A stretch of DNA of 64,000 nucleotides from Escherichia phage ECCR664, in sequence record OL631257.1, one strand, 5' to 3'. How positions within the stretch are numbered: position 1 is the stretch's first letter; the number at the start of each line of letters is the position of its first letter. A model generated the notes under the pieces. That model had not been told where the DNA came from. It saw only the letters and a list, made by a program, of their open reading frames with translations, and ran no database searches. Shown here piece by piece: positions 32,636-46,904 of the stretch. Position numbers and translations under genes: made by a program.

Positions 32636-33089
32636 TGGCACAAATACTTCCTTTAAATACCGACTTAGGAGAAGACATGGAAGGGGCGTCTATTGACGTC
32701 CTTTTACTCCGCAGTTAGAAACAACCGAAACTTTAGTGTCAATAAATATAACAGATTATGAACCGACACAAGGCATTACGGTAGATGGTAATCGTTTATA
32801 TGGAACATATGAAAGTGTGTTTAGCTTTTCTTCGGACGCATTGAAATACCGATTAAATGATGATTTTGAAACCGCATCTTCATGGGATGATTTACCAAAA
32901 GATGAGTCCACACAGTTATATTTGTGGAGAGCTCCTCAGAATCTTCGTAAAGTGTTTAGTTATACGGTTGAAATGATTTATAACTACCAAGAAGAAAGTT
33001 CATCAGGCGGCACAGGAAGTGACTCTGGTACAGAACCTCCACCGGCTCCAGTACAAAAACTCTTACTAAGGTTTATACAAAAACTATAG
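32636..33089 (+). CDS. 5.1: gp5.1-like protein (one frameshift)
   Basis: start [17 protein letters not shown]…; continues into ORF 32736..33089. Confidence 0.6.
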
Positions 33090-33150
33090 TAGGAAATTGG
33101 AGCAAATGGGCACAACAATTACGAAACTATGTTTATATGAGGCCATAAAA

Positions 33151-33443
33151 ATGTCTGGCTTAAGTTACGACAAGTGCGTTACAACAGGTCATGAAGCATG
33201 GCCTCCTACTGTAATAAATGCGTCCCAATCTAAAGTGTTCACCGGCGGTATTCCTGTTCTTGTAGCAGGAGACCAAATAACACCTCATACAGAAATTAAA
33301 AAACCATACGAGACTCATGGAGGTGTTACTGAACCTCGTACATCTAAAGTATACGTCACCGGTAAAAGGCCGTTCAAATGGCTGACCCAATTTCATGCGG
33401 GGATACTGTTTCTCAGGCCTCGTCAAAAGTCTTTATAAAATAG
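33151..33443 (+). CDS. 5.4: PAAR-repeat spike tip protein gp5.4 (one frameshift at A-run ~33364)
   Basis: [41 protein letters not shown]…; C-terminus …[16 protein letters not shown] in shifted frame. Confidence 0.85.
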
Positions 33444-33451
33444 GAATTAAA

Positions 33452-35425
33452 ATGGCAAACACTCCTGTAAATTATCAATTAACCCGAACAGCGAATGCTA
33501 TTCCCGAGATTTTTATCGGGGGCACATTTGCCGAAATCAAACAAAACATTATCGAATGGCTCCACGGGCAGAATGAATTTCTTGATTATGATTTTGAAGG
33601 TTCACGCTTAAACGTATTGTGCGACCTTTTAGCATATAACACTCTTTACATCCAACAGTTCAGTAATAGTGCAGTGTATGAAAGTTTTATGCGTACTGCA
33701 AACTTGCGTAGTTCTGTTGTACAAGCGGCTCAAGATAACGGATATCTGCCTTCATCTAAATCAGCAGCACAAACAGAAATTATGCTCACATGTACGGATG
33801 CGTTAAATAGAAACTATATCACCATTCCACGTGGCACTCGTTTCTTAGCATATGCTAAAGATACTTCTGTTAACCCATATAACTTTGTTTCTACTGAAGA
33901 TGTCATTGTAGTTAAAGACAAAAATAACCAATATTTCCCACGTCTTAGATTAGCTCAGGGACGTATTGTTCGTACTGAATTAACATTTGATAAATTAAAA
34001 CCTATCATTATTCGTGATAAGAACATTGACCGTAATTTAGTTAAGTTGTACGTTGATGGAGCAGAATGGATTAACTGGACTCGTAAGTCGATGGTTCACG
34101 CTGGTTCTACGTCAACAATCTATTATATGCGTGAAACAGTTGATGGGAACACCGAATTTTATTTTGGTGAAGGCGAAATCTCTATTAACACATCAGAAGG
34201 CGCGTTAACATCCAACTATATTGGTGGCCTTAAACCTGTTCAGGGTTCTAAAATCGTAATTGAGTATATTTCTACTAATGGCGCAGATGCTAACGGTGCT
34301 GTAGGATTTTCTTATGCAGATACATTAGCTAATATCACGGTAATCGATATTAACGAGAACCCTAGCAATAACCCAGACTTTGTCGGGGCCGACGGTGGTG
34401 GTGACCCTGAAGATATTGAACGTATCCGCGAATTAGGCACAATTAAACGCGAAACTCAACAACGTTGTGTAACCGCTTCCGACTATGACACATTCGTCTC
34501 TGAGCGGTTTGGTTCTATTATTCAAGCTGTTCAAACATTCACAGATTCATCTAAACCAGGGTACGCATATATTGCTGCTAAGCCTAAATCTGGATTGTAT
34601 TTGACTTCTGTCCAACGTGATGATATCAAAAATTATTTGAATGATTATAACTTAGGGACTATTACACCTGTTGTTATTTCGCCTGATTATTTGTTTATCA
34701 AAATGAATATCAAAGTTACATACGCGTTGAATAAACTCCAAGAATCAGAACAATATCTTGAAGGGCAAATTATTAATAAAATTGACCGATATTATATTGA
34801 AGATGTAGAAATTTTTAACTCATCGTTTGCAAAATCTAAAATGCTAACTTATGTCGATGATGCAGATATTTCTATTATTGGTTCTTCAGCTACTATTCAA
34901 ATGGTTCGCGAAGTACAGAACTTTTATAAAACGCCTGAGGCCGGTATTAAATACAATAATCAGATTAAAGATAGATCGATGGAATCTAATATATTCTCGT
35001 TTGATTCGCACAGACCTAATCCAGAAAATGCAAACGAAACTATTAAATACGGTGTTCGCATAGTATCTTCTGACCGTAATGACCGTGGCATAGGTCAAGT
35101 TATTATCGGTCCATTTGCCGACGGTGATGTTGTTGAAAACGAAAATATACAACCTTATACAGGTAATGATTTTAATAAACTTGCTGTTACTGACGGACGA
35201 AACAAATACTATTCAATTGGTGAAGTGAATTATCCTGCCGATTCGATTTATTGGAACATTGCTAAAATTGACCTCACTTCAGACCGTTTTGAAGTTCAAA
35301 CAATTGAACTTTATTCCGACCCTGCAGATGATATTATTTTTACAAAGGATGGTTCTTTAATCGTATTCGAAAATGACTTACGTCCTCAGTACTTAACTAT
35401 AGATTTGGAGCCTATTTCACAATGA
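33452..35425 (+). CDS. 6: baseplate wedge protein gp6
   Basis: intact ~658-aa ORF from MANTPVNYQL; size and position. Confidence 0.9.
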   Translation: MANTPVNYQLTRTANAIPEIFIGGTFAEIKQNIIEWLHGQNEFLDYDFEGSRLNVLCDLLAYNTLYIQQFSNSAVYESFMRTANLRSSVVQAAQDNGYLPSSKSAAQTEIMLTCTDALNRNYITIPRGTRFLAYAKDTSVNPYNFVSTEDVIVVKDKNNQYFPRLRLAQGRIVRTELTFDKLKPIIIRDKNIDRNLVKLYVDGAEWINWTRKSMVHAGSTSTIYYMRETVDGNTEFYFGEGEISINTSEGALTSNYIGGLKPVQGSKIVIEYISTNGADANGAVGFSYADTLANITVIDINENPSNNPDFVGADGGGDPEDIERIRELGTIKRETQQRCVTASDYDTFVSERFGSIIQAVQTFTDSSKPGYAYIAAKPKSGLYLTSVQRDDIKNYLNDYNLGTITPVVISPDYLFIKMNIKVTYALNKLQESEQYLEGQIINKIDRYYIEDVEIFNSSFAKSKMLTYVDDADISIIGSSATIQMVREVQNFYKTPEAGIKYNNQIKDRSMESNIFSFDSHRPNPENANETIKYGVRIVSSDRNDRGIGQVIIGPFADGDVVENENIQPYTGNDFNKLAVTDGRNKYYSIGEVNYPADSIYWNIAKIDLTSDRFEVQTIELYSDPADDIIFTKDGSLIVFENDLRPQYLTIDLEPISQ

Positions 35426-38400
35426 CAGTAAAAGCGCCAGCAGTCACAAGTCTCAGAATATCCAAGTTGTCCGCTAACCAAGTTCAAATACGCTGGGATG
35501 ACGTTGGTGCTAATTTCTACTATTTCGTAGAAATCGCTGAGACTAAAACGGCAGACGGGGAAATAATTCCTCCTGCCAGCTACAGATGGATAAATTTAGG
35601 ATATACTCCTAATAGCAACTGGTTCGAAAGTAGCTTAGACCCATTAACTTCTTATATTATTCGTGTATCAACTGCCGCTGAAGGCTTCGAGAGATCTGAT
35701 TGGGTATACACCGAAATATTTGAATCATTTCAGACTAACGCGTATACATTTCAACATATGATTGAAATGCAATTGGCTAACACTTTTATTAGAGAAAAAT
35801 TTACAAATAACAACATGGCTTATGTCGATTTTAATAACGACACTATAATGGCAGCTCTAATGAATGAATCGTTCCAATTTAGCCCTGCTTATGCGGATAT
35901 TTCATCTATTAAAAATTTCATTATTGGCGAAAATGAGTATCATGAAATTCAAGGTTCGATTCAACAGGTGTGTCATGATATAAACCGTGTTTATTTGATG
36001 GAATCTGAAGGAATTCTTTATTTGTTTGAACGGTATCAGCCTGTGGTTAAAGTCTCTAATGATAAGGGACAAACCTGGAAATCGGTTAAATTGTTTAATG
36101 ACCGTGTAGGGTACCCTGTATCAAGAACAGTGTATTACCAGACAGGTTATACCACGTATGTTCTTGGGTATGATAAATTATTTTACGGCCGTAAATCAAC
36201 TGACGTTCGTTGGTCTGCTGATGATGTGAGATTTAGTTCTCAAGATATAACATTTGCTAAAATTGGTGACCAGTTAAATTTAGGATTTGATGTAGAAATA
36301 TTTGGTAACTACGCATCATTACCTGCTAACGTATCACGTATTGCAGAAGCTATCGTTTGCAACGACGATTATGTATACGTTGCTGCTCGAGATAAAGTTC
36401 GTTTTATTAAAACTAGTAATGCCCCTATTGATTCAGACCCGTTATCTCCGACATATTCCGAACGTTTGTTTGAACAAGAAACATTTAACATCACAGGTAA
36501 CCCTAAGGCAGTTTGCTATAAAATGGATTCTGTTGGCGGTAAAATATTTGCACTGATTATCGGCGAAGTTGTTAATCTTAATGACGACCCGAGGACCACT
36601 CCTATTGTTGATTCTGCTGATAAGGGCGTTTACGTTCTAGACCATGATGCTGGCACATTTAAACGTGTGTTTGGTAATACTGAAGAAGAACGCCGTCGTA
36701 TTGAACCTGGGTACACCAGTATGTCTACTGATGGTGTTGAGTTATCTATTTCATCTAGTAATTTTAAATTTCTAGAATCGGATATTGTTGATGACCCAAA
36801 AACACAAATCAAGTACGGTTTAATCGGTGCTGTTAAATATGAGTATCCTCGCGAATGGTTGGCTGATAAACATTATCATATGATGGCATTTATTTCAACT
36901 GAAGACTCTCAATGGGAATCGTTCACTCCTCAACCGATGGAATACTATGCTGAGCCATTCTTTAGTTATTCTAGAAAGTCTGGTACTCGTTGTTGGATTA
37001 ATAACTCAGACAAGGCCGTTGTAATTTATTCTGATTTACTTTACACTAAGGTTATTGAGAATCATCCACTTAGTTCTTCAGACCGTGAAGTTCATGAATA
37101 TTGGAAGGACGGTGACTGTACAATAGTGATGCCTAACGTAGATTTCACCGGATTTAAAAATATGCATCCGGCATGATTTTCTATAAATCATCAGGTGAGA
37201 TTATTTCTTATTATGATTTTAGTTATCGTGTTAGAGATAATGTTTCTATAATTTGGAAGCCTACTAATATATTCTTAACAGCATCGTTACAAAACCAAGA
37301 AAAAGATACCACATGGACTCCTGTAGAAGAGAACGGCATTGCGGACCCAGATTTACGACCATTGCTCACTACAATGATGCCGGAGTCTTATCTTTTAGAT
37401 AATACAAACTTCGAAGCATTCTGCGAGGCTTATATTCAGTATCTTTCTGACGGTTATGGGACCCATTATAACAACCTTTTGAATCTTATTAAAAATCAAT
37501 ATCCGCGAGAAGAACATGCGTGGGAATATTTATGGTCTGAGATTTATAAACGAAACATTTACTTAAACGCCGAAAAACGCGATTTAGTGTCTCGTTTCTT
37601 TGAATCAAGAAGTTATGACTTCTATTCAACTAAAGGAACTGAAGCGTCATATAAATTCTTGTTTAAAGTGCTTTATAACGAAGATGTTGAAATTGAAATT
37701 GAATCTAGTTCCGGGACCGAATATGATATCATCATTGAATCTGATTCGTTGACAGAAGATTTGGTCGGACAAACCATATACACCGCTACAGGACGTTGTA
37801 ATGTGACGTATATCGAGAGAAGTTACTCTAAAGGTAAATTACAATGGACTGTAACAATTCACAACCTCTTAGGTCGTTTAATCCAAGGACAGGAAGTTAA
37901 AGCTGAAAGACTCCCGGGTTTTGAAGGTGAAATTGTTCGTGGTATTAAAGGTAAAGAGCTTTCTCAGAACAACATCGATTACATAAATCGTGGTAGAGCA
38001 TACTACGTAATGAAGATTAAATCTAAACTTCCATCATCTCGTTGGAAATCAGACGTATTACGTTTTGTTCATCCGGTTGGATTTGGATTTATCGCAATTA
38101 CCCTTCTCACAATGTTTATTAACACCGGATTAACACTTAAACATGTTGAAACCATTATTAATAAATACAAAAACTATAAGTGGGATTCTGGATTACCGAC
38201 TAAATATGCAGACCGAGTGGCTAAATTAGACCCACAAGGAAATGTTGAGTTTGACCCTATTACAGGTAAAGCGATATATGAAATAGGCCCTATGGCTGGT
38301 CAAGATTATCCATTGCCTGAAGATTATAACGCTGAAAACAATAACTCCATATTTCAAGGTCAACTTCCATCGGAACGACGTAAACTGATGAGCCCATTAT

Positions 38401-38519
38401 TTGATGCGTCCGGAACAACATTCTCTAGATTTAGAGATTTGGTTGAACAACGGTTAATCGATAATGTAGGAAATCCAAGAGACCCCGTGAATCCACCACA
38501 GGTTAAATTAGATGAATGA
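35422..38519 (+). CDS. 7: baseplate wedge protein gp7 (one frameshift at A-run ~37156-37160)
   Basis: fragments of 584 + 448 aa sum to ~1032 aa, the size of T4 gp7. Confidence 0.85.
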
Positions 38520-39516
38520 TTCAAGTGTTATCTATCGTGCAATAGTTACATCAAAATTTAGAACAGAGAAAATGCTGAATTTTTATAATTCAGTTGGGGA
38601 TGGAGATGATAAGAACTCCATTTATATTACGTTTGGACGTTCAGAGCCTTGGGCGTCAAATGAAAATGAGGTGGGCTTCGCCCCACCTTATCCTACAGAT
38701 TCTGTTCTTGGTGTTACTGATATGTGGACCCATATGATGGGTACCGTTAAAGTTTTACCTTCAATGTTAGATTCTGTTATTCCTAGACGTGATTGGGGAG
38801 ATGTGCGATATCCAGACCCTTACACGTTTAGAATTAACGATATAGTCGCATGTAATACTGCTCCGTACAACGCGACAGAAGTTGGAGCCGGTTGGTTAAT
38901 TTACCGTTGTTTAGATGTCCCTGACGTAGGGCTCTGTTCAATAGAATCTTTAGATAATAAAGATGAATGTCTTAAATTGGGTGGTAAATGGACCCCGTCT
39001 GTTCGTTCTATGTCTCCTCCTGAAGGTAGAGGCGATGCTAATGGGGTTATCGAAACCGGTGATGGATACATTTGGGAATATCTTTATGAGATTCCTGCCG
39101 ATGTGTCAATTAACCGTTGCACTAATGAATATCTTGTAGTTCCATGGCCGGAAGAAATTAAAGAAGACCCCACCCGTTGGGGATATGAAAATAACTTAAC
39201 TTGGCAACAAGATGACTACGGTTTGATTTACCGTGTTAAAGCCAATACGATGCGGTTTAAAGCATATTTTGATTCTGTTTATTTCCCTGAGGCAGCTTTG
39301 CCTGGTAACAAGGGTTTTAGACAGATATCAATTATCGCAAACCCATTAGAAGCTAAGAAAAATCCAAATGACCCTAATGTTAAAGCAGAAAAGGATTATT
39401 ACGACCCTAGAGACCTGCAACGTCATTCAGGTGAAATGATTTATATGGAAAACCGACCACCTGTTATTATGGCAATGGACCAAACAGAAGAAATTAACAT
39501 TTTGTTTATGTTTTAA
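38512..39516 (+). CDS. 8: baseplate wedge protein gp8
   Basis: intact 334-aa ORF; size and position. Confidence 0.9.
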   Translation: MNDSSVIYRAIVTSKFRTEKMLNFYNSVGDGDDKNSIYITFGRSEPWASNENEVGFAPPYPTDSVLGVTDMWTHMMGTVKVLPSMLDSVIPRRDWGDVRYPDPYTFRINDIVACNTAPYNATEVGAGWLIYRCLDVPDVGLCSIESLDNKDECLKLGGKWTPSVRSMSPPEGRGDANGVIETGDGYIWEYLYEIPADVSINRCTNEYLVVPWPEEIKEDPTRWGYENNLTWQQDDYGLIYRVKANTMRFKAYFDSVYFPEAALPGNKGFRQISIIANPLEAKKNPNDPNVKAEKDYYDPRDLQRHSGEMIYMENRPPVIMAMDQTEEINILFMF

Positions 39517-39518
39517 TT

Positions 39519-39546
39519 AGGGAGCCTTCGGGCTCCCATTTTTGTA
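39519..39546 (+). terminator. rho-independent terminator after gp8
   Basis: GGGAGCC-TTCG-GGCTCCC followed by ATTTTTG. Confidence 0.75.
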
Positions 39547-39548
39547 TC

Positions 39549-39556
39549 TATAAATA
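39549..39556 (+). promoter_or_regulatory. late promoter TATAAATA (gp9)
   Basis: exact motif ~33 nt upstream of gp9 start. Confidence 0.6.
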
Positions 39557-39588
39557 GAATATAATATCGGACAACAAAAGGCAGAATT

Positions 39589-40458
39589 ATGGCATTTTTA
39601 AGCAAACTCCTAAACAATTAATCGATACCGGCGAAATTGGTAATGCCTCAACAGGTGATATCTTATTCGACGGTGGTAATAAAATAAATGACGATATCAA
39701 CGCTATTTACAATGCATTTGGCGATCAACGTAAAATGGCCGTAGCAGATGGAACCGGACCTACAGGTCAAACTATTCATGCCACAGGTTATTATCAAAAG
39801 GAAAGGCGGCCGATTATCAAACTCCTATTAAACCAGGCACTATGCATGATATTGATGCTTCTGATGGTGGTGTGATTGTTATTATTGACCGTCCTGAATT
39901 AGGTGACTCTGTAGAATTCATAAATTCTAATGGGTCTATTTCTGTTAACAATCCTTTAAGTATCCAAGTAACCGATGGTTCGATTAAAGGTGTTCTTAAT
40001 AATCTTGTTATTTCCACCCCTTATACCCATGTTGTTCTTCGTTGTGTTGAACTTAATGGGCCAACTTCAGTATGGAATTATTCTACTGATAGCATGTTTG
40101 GGCAGAAAGAATCTCCTGTCGATGGGACTTGAGTCTTACAGGAAACACAGTTTCTATTCCTCTGTTTTATCGCACCGATTATAATATGGCTAAATTGCTT
40201 GTTACATGCCAATCCGCAGACGGTAGAAAAATAAAAACATGCGAAATAAATATTCTAATAGATACAATTAACTCAGAAGTTCTTTCTACTGAATTTGCAG
40301 TAATGCGAGTTGGTAATGTAGATGAAACTGACGAGATTGCTAATATTAGCTTTAGTATTATTAACAACTTTGCTACTATGACGATTACATCCGATATTAT
40401 TGGATTGCGTTCAGCAGTTAAAATTATCTCAACACAGAAAATTGGGGTCGCTCAATAA
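39589..40458 (+). CDS. 9: baseplate wedge / long tail fibre socket gp9 (at least three frameshifts)
   Basis: …LIDTGEIGNASTGDILFDGGNKIN…VEFINSNGSISV…YNMAKLLVTCQS…KIGVAQ matches T4 gp9 across shifted frames. Confidence 0.9.
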
Positions 40459-42261
40459 TGAAACAAAATATTAAAATTGGTAACGTCGTTGATGACGGAC
40501 AAGGCGATTACCTTCGTCGAGGTGGTGAAAAATAAATGAGAACTTTGACGAAATCTATTATGAATTAGGTGATGGTGAAGTTCCTTATGCCGCTGGCGCA
40601 TGGAAGACTTATGATGCGGCTGATGGTCTTAATCTTAATGCTGCTTGGGGTAAATCTTATGCAATTAATACTACTTCTGGACGAGTTTCAGTAAATCTTC
40701 CTAAAGGGACAATTGCAGACTATAATAAAGTTATTCGTGCTCGTGACGTATTTGCAACTTGGAACATTAACCCTGTTACTTTAATTCCGGCAAACGGAGA
40801 CACGATTAAAGGTTCTTCATCTCCGGTAGAAATTAACGTCCAGTTCTCTGATTTAGAATTAGTTTATTGTGCTCCTGGACGTTGGGAATACATCAAGAAC
40901 AAACAAATTGATAAAATAGTTAGCTCTGACATTAGTAATGTTGCTCGTAGAGAATATCTGGTTGAAACCCAAGGTCAGACCGATTTCATGGATGTTTTTA
41001 ACGGGACATCTTATAACGTTAACAACATTCGCGTAAAACATCGTGGCAACGAATTGTATTATGGCGATGTATTCAGTGATAATAGTGATTTTGGTTCACC
41101 AGGCGATAATCCTGGTGAACTGGTTGCACTTGATGGATTTAATATTAGATTACGCCAACCATGTAACGTTGGGGATACTGTACAAATTGAGACATTCCTA
41201 GATGGTGTTTCTCAGTGGCGTAGTTCATATACTCGTCGCCAAGTTCGCATTTTAGATAGTAAATTGACCGCTAAAAGTCTATTGACGGAAGTATTTACGT
41301 CACTGATTTGAGTACGTTCAGGTCTATTCCATTTACAGCATTTGGTATTAACCCTACAGAACCACCTAACCCGAATTCATTAGAAGTTCGCTTCAATGGT
41401 ATTCTCCAAGAATTAGCTGGTACTGTTGGAACTCCTATTTTCCGTTGTGAAGGTGTGGATGCTGATTCTGAAGAGTCATGCACTAATCTCGGTGGGACGT
41501 GGACTCAATCGTATACAGATTATGCGATTGAATATACTGATAATATCCCTAGCGCAATTCTATTTGACCGTCAATTTGAAGACCAAGACATTATTACCAT
41601 CACATGGTTTAATAACGATTTAGGAACTCTTCTTGAAATGGAAGAAATCCTTGATGTCGCTGATGAGAAATATGTTTCTCAAGGGTCTAACATTGAAATT
41701 ACTGGTGACGTTGCATTAACTGATTTCGATAAAATTGGATGGCCTAATGTAGAACCTGTTCCTAAGTATGAACGTGAATTCTCGACTATCTCAGCAATAT
41801 TTGATACAATTTATCCTGTCGGGACTATTTACGAAAATGCGGTTAACCCTAATAATCCGGCCACTTATTTAGGTTTTGGTTCGTGGAAAATTTGGGGACA
41901 AGGCAAAGTATTAGCCGGTTGGAATGATGACGCATCGGATCCTAATTTTGCATTAAATAATAATGACCTTGACATCAATGGTAACCCTACTCATACCGCA
42001 GGTGGTACCGTTGGTGTAACAACTATCACATTAGAAAATGCTGATTTACCAGCTACACAAACCGATGAAAAGGTTCTTATTTCTGATGATAATGGTACAG
42101 TAATTATAGGCGGTTGTCAATATGACCCAGATGCAGAAGGTCCTATTTACACTAAATATCGTGAAGACCATGCAAAGACTAATGGATCTCATGTTCCAGC
42201 ACGTTCTATAACTAATATTCAGCCATCTATAACTGTATACCGTTGGGTAAGGATTGCATAA
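40458..42261 (+). CDS. 10: baseplate wedge protein gp10 (two frameshifts, ~40528-40532 and ~41305)
   Basis: [18 protein letters not shown]…; …[19 protein letters not shown]…; …[10 protein letters not shown] matches T4 gp10. Confidence 0.9.
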
Positions 42262-42917
42262 TGACTGTACTTAATACAAAGGCGGGAGTTATTTCCCGTC
42301 ATGCTGATTTTGAATTACAGAAAAATCCAGCTCAAATCGATGTTTTAAACAACCAAGCTGTAGGTTCCGTGACTATTTCTCAGTTAGCTCGCGGTTTTTA
42401 TGATGCTAACGTAGAATCTGCAATAAATGATGTCCATAATATGGCACGAGCTGATATTGGTACTGTTGTCACAAACACTTCAGGCGTATCGCCTGAAGGT
42501 GCAGCACAAGTTGATTATTGGACTTTTTCCGGTGATGTTCTCGACGATACTTTGGACACTGGAACGCCAGTCGTTATTAACGTATTTGGACTTGCCGTTA
42601 AAGCAACAATCGGTATGACTGATAACGAATTAACGGCACAAGTTCGTATAGCTTTACAAGAGGCCATTGCTAATCAAATCGCTATTTCTTCTTATAAAGA
42701 CCATCCAACTGAAGGTAATAAACTTCAGGTGACATATTTAGATAACCAACGTCATGTGTTGCCAACATATGCTTCGTTTGGTGTAACAATTTCGCAAGAA
42801 ATTTTGTCTGAAGCAAAATCCGGATACGGAACATGGAATTTATTGGGTGCCCAAACGGTTACTCTTGATAACCATGATACTCCTACCGTTTTCTACCACT
42901 TTGTGAGAGCCTCATGA
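42261..42917 (+). CDS. 11: baseplate wedge protein gp11
   Basis: …NTKAGVISR…[15 protein letters not shown]…TPTVFYHF matches T4 gp11. Confidence 0.95.
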   Translation: MTVLNTKAGVISRHADFELQKNPAQIDVLNNQAVGSVTISQLARGFYDANVESAINDVHNMARADIGTVVTNTSGVSPEGAAQVDYWTFSGDVLDDTLDTGTPVVINVFGLAVKATIGMTDNELTAQVRIALQEAIANQIAISSYKDHPTEGNKLQVTYLDNQRHVLPTYASFGVTISQEILSEAKSGYGTWNLLGAQTVTLDNHDTPTVFYHFVRAS

Positions 42918-44497
42918 GTAATAACAATACATACCAACACGTTTCAAACGAATCCATTTACGTTGAATTCGACCCTACGGGGACGAATTTTCCAGATACA
43001 GTCACTAATGTCCAAGCCGCATTAGCTGCTATTTCTCCTTCAGGTGTTAATGGTGTACCGGAAGCAACAACTACTACACCAGGAATTATTCAAATAGCTA
43101 CTCCACAAGAAGTTATTGATGGATTAGATAATAATAAAGCTGTTACTCCAGCATCACTGAATGCTCGTCTACAATATCCTAATGCAACCGAAACTCAATA
43201 TGGCTTAACTCGTTATGCTACTGAAGATGAAGCAGTAACCGGAACTATTGACGATGCATCAATTACTCCGCTTAAATTGAATCAAAAAATAGACAATGTA
43301 TTTCAGACAAAAGTGTCAACAGAAGCAACAAATGGTGTAATTAAAATTTCAACTTCTGCTGCCGCATTAGCTGGTTCTGATGATACAACGGCAATGACTC
43401 CGTTAAAAACGCAACAATTAGCAATTAAACTTATTTCACAAATTGCTCCAAATAATAGTGACGCCACCGAATCTATTACAGGTGTTGTTCGTTTGGCTAC
43501 AGTTGCTCAAGCACAACAAGGCACCCTGCGTGAAGGCTATGCAATTTCGCCTTATACCTTTATGAATTCAGTAGCATCAGAAACTAATAAAGGCGTCGTT
43601 AAACTAGGGACACAGACTGAAGTAAATAGTAACAACTCTTCAGTTGTAGTGACCGGCGCAACATTAAACGGGCGTGGGGCTACAACTTCTTTACGTGGAG
43701 TTGTTCGTTTAACTACACAAGCGGGTAGCCAATCAGGTGGTGATGGTTCTTCTGCTCTTGCTTGGAATGCTGATGTTATCCACCAACGAGGCGGACAAAC
43801 TATTAATGGCACACTTCGCATTAATAATACGTTGACGGTTGGTTCTGGCGGCGCTAATATAACTGGTAATGTCAATATGACAGGTGGTTATATTCAAGGC
43901 AATCGTATTGTGACTCAAAATGAATTAGACCGAATTCTTCCAGTTGGCGCTATTACAATGTGGGCTGCAGATAGTTTACCGAGTTCCGACTGGCGCTTCT
44001 GTCACGGTGGGACTGTTTCTGCTTCAGAATGTCCAGTATATGCTTCCAGAATTGGGACACGATATGGTGGTAGTTCTTCTAACCCAGGCTTGCCTGATAT
44101 GCGTGGATTATTTGTTCGTGGCTCAGGTCGTGGCTCTCACTTAACAAATCCAAATGTTAATGGTAATGACCAGTTTGGTAAGCCTAGATTAGGTGTAGGT
44201 TGTACTGGTGGATATGTTGGTGAAGTACAGAAACAACAGATGTCTTATCATAAACACGCTGGCGGATTTGGTGAGCATGATGATTCTGGAGCATTCGGTA
44301 ATACCCGTAGATCAAATTTTGTTGGTACACGTAAAGGACTTGACTGGGATAACCGTTCATACTTCACCAATGACGGATATGAAATTGACCCGGCATCACA
44401 ACGAAATTCCAAATATACATTAAATCGTCCTGAATTAATTGGAAATGAAACACGCCCATGGAACATTTCTTTAAACTATATCATTAAGGTAAAATAA
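42914..44497 (+). CDS. 12: short tail fibre gp12
   Basis: intact 527-aa ORF, size equals T4 gp12. Confidence 0.95.
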   Translation: MSNNNTYQHVSNESIYVEFDPTGTNFPDTVTNVQAALAAISPSGVNGVPEATTTTPGIIQIATPQEVIDGLDNNKAVTPASLNARLQYPNATETQYGLTRYATEDEAVTGTIDDASITPLKLNQKIDNVFQTKVSTEATNGVIKISTSAAALAGSDDTTAMTPLKTQQLAIKLISQIAPNNSDATESITGVVRLATVAQAQQGTLREGYAISPYTFMNSVASETNKGVVKLGTQTEVNSNNSSVVVTGATLNGRGATTSLRGVVRLTTQAGSQSGGDGSSALAWNADVIHQRGGQTINGTLRINNTLTVGSGGANITGNVNMTGGYIQGNRIVTQNELDRILPVGAITMWAADSLPSSDWRFCHGGTVSASECPVYASRIGTRYGGSSSNPGLPDMRGLFVRGSGRGSHLTNPNVNGNDQFGKPRLGVGCTGGYVGEVQKQQMSYHKHAGGFGEHDDSGAFGNTRRSNFVGTRKGLDWDNRSYFTNDGYEIDPASQRNSKYTLNRPELIGNETRPWNISLNYIIKVK

Positions 44498-45945
44498 TGG
44501 CTGATATATCTCTGGTAGATTTACCATATGTTGACGGCCCGCCAGACGCGGGTCAGAGTCGTATTGAATGGATTAAAAACGATGAAGAAATAACAGGTGC
44601 CGACACAAAATACGGTTCTGAAGGTGTAATGAACCGTCCTATTGTTGAAGTTCAACGTAACGTAGAAGCGTTAGATGTTAATATTAAAACTATAGCATCT
44701 TCTTTGAATACGGCCAATGAAGATATCAAAGTTATTCAAGGTATTTTAGATGTTTCTGGGGATGTTGATGCTCTTGCACAGATAGGCCAGAACACCCAAG
44801 ATATCGATGTCATTAAAGTCACAGTTCAAACTCATGCCAGTGAATTGAATGATTTGAATGAACATATTGATGCGAATACTGATGATATTGGTGTTTATAA
44901 TCAGGAAACAGATTCAGTTTATAGAACGGTTCGTAATGACCTGCTTTGGATTAAAAATGAATTAGGACAATATACTGGTCAAGATATTAATGGGGTTCCT
45001 ACTCCAGGAAATGATAGCACTGGTATGAAACGCCGTATTATGACTAATAGCTCCGTAATTGTTGACCACGGCGTTCGATTAACTGATTTAGAAACTAAAT
45101 TTGCTGATTCTGACGTCGGCTCTTTAACTATTGAAGTCGAACGCTTACGCGAAGAAATGGGACCTCGTACTTCTTTCACTACTCCAGTGTTTAGTCGTCT
45201 TTCCGGTATTGATTTAACCTTGTCGCGTCAAAATGCTGACTTGGACGGCATTAAACAGTCTATTGGATATCCTAATACGACTTCTATTATTACTACCACT
45301 AATGCAAATAGTTCAGCAATAAATGACATTAATCTTGAGCTCAATCAATCAGGTGGTATTAAACCTCGTTTGACTACAGTAGAAACTGCCATTGGCGCTG
45401 ATGATTTGCCTACTACAATCCAAGGTCGTATTAAACTCAATACTGATGCTATCGGAGCATTGAACACTGTTGTCGGCTCTGATTCTTCGTCAGGATTGCG
45501 TTTTAATGTGTCATGGTTAAATAACGTAGTTGGTGTTGACGCTTCAGGTGGGAAACCGGAACCAGCCGACTCTTTGCTTTATCGTACTCGAGAGCTTGAA
45601 GGAACTATCAGTGGGATGAGTAATGACATTCAGAACATTCAAACTGATGTTGGGACTACTACCACAGGAATTAAGGGTTCTGTAAACACATTAAATACTC
45701 TTATAAATGGCACCAACCCAAATGGTTCGACTGTTGAAGAACGCGGTATATTGCCTACAGTTAAAAGTCATGATACGACAATTAATAGTTTAACTTCTAG
45801 AATTGCTACTCTTGAAACTGATTTGGCCGCTGCAGAAGCTGAAATCCAAACTCTTAAGGAAGCTGGATATATTGAAGATGCTCCTTCAGACGGTAAATTC
45901 TATGTTCGCAAAGATGGTGCATGGGTTGAACTTCCTACAGCTTAA
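44497..45945 (+). CDS. wac: fibritin (whisker antigen control)
   Basis: 482-aa coiled-coil protein ending …GYIEDAPSDGKFYVRKDGAWVELPTA (foldon-like C-terminus). Confidence 0.95.
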   Translation: MADISLVDLPYVDGPPDAGQSRIEWIKNDEEITGADTKYGSEGVMNRPIVEVQRNVEALDVNIKTIASSLNTANEDIKVIQGILDVSGDVDALAQIGQNTQDIDVIKVTVQTHASELNDLNEHIDANTDDIGVYNQETDSVYRTVRNDLLWIKNELGQYTGQDINGVPTPGNDSTGMKRRIMTNSSVIVDHGVRLTDLETKFADSDVGSLTIEVERLREEMGPRTSFTTPVFSRLSGIDLTLSRQNADLDGIKQSIGYPNTTSIITTTNANSSAINDINLELNQSGGIKPRLTTVETAIGADDLPTTIQGRIKLNTDAIGALNTVVGSDSSSGLRFNVSWLNNVVGVDASGGKPEPADSLLYRTRELEGTISGMSNDIQNIQTDVGTTTTGIKGSVNTLNTLINGTNPNGSTVEERGILPTVKSHDTTINSLTSRIATLETDLAAAEAEIQTLKEAGYIEDAPSDGKFYVRKDGAWVELPTA

Positions 45946-45950
45946 TGAAA

Positions 45951-45966
45951 AGGGCCTTCGGGCCCT
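45951..45966 (+). terminator. palindromic stem-loop after wac (weak terminator, no T-run)
   Basis: AGGGCC-TTCG-GGCCCT. Confidence 0.35.
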
Positions 45967-45968
45967 AA

Positions 45969-46903
<935 letters not shown>

Positions 46904-46904
46904 T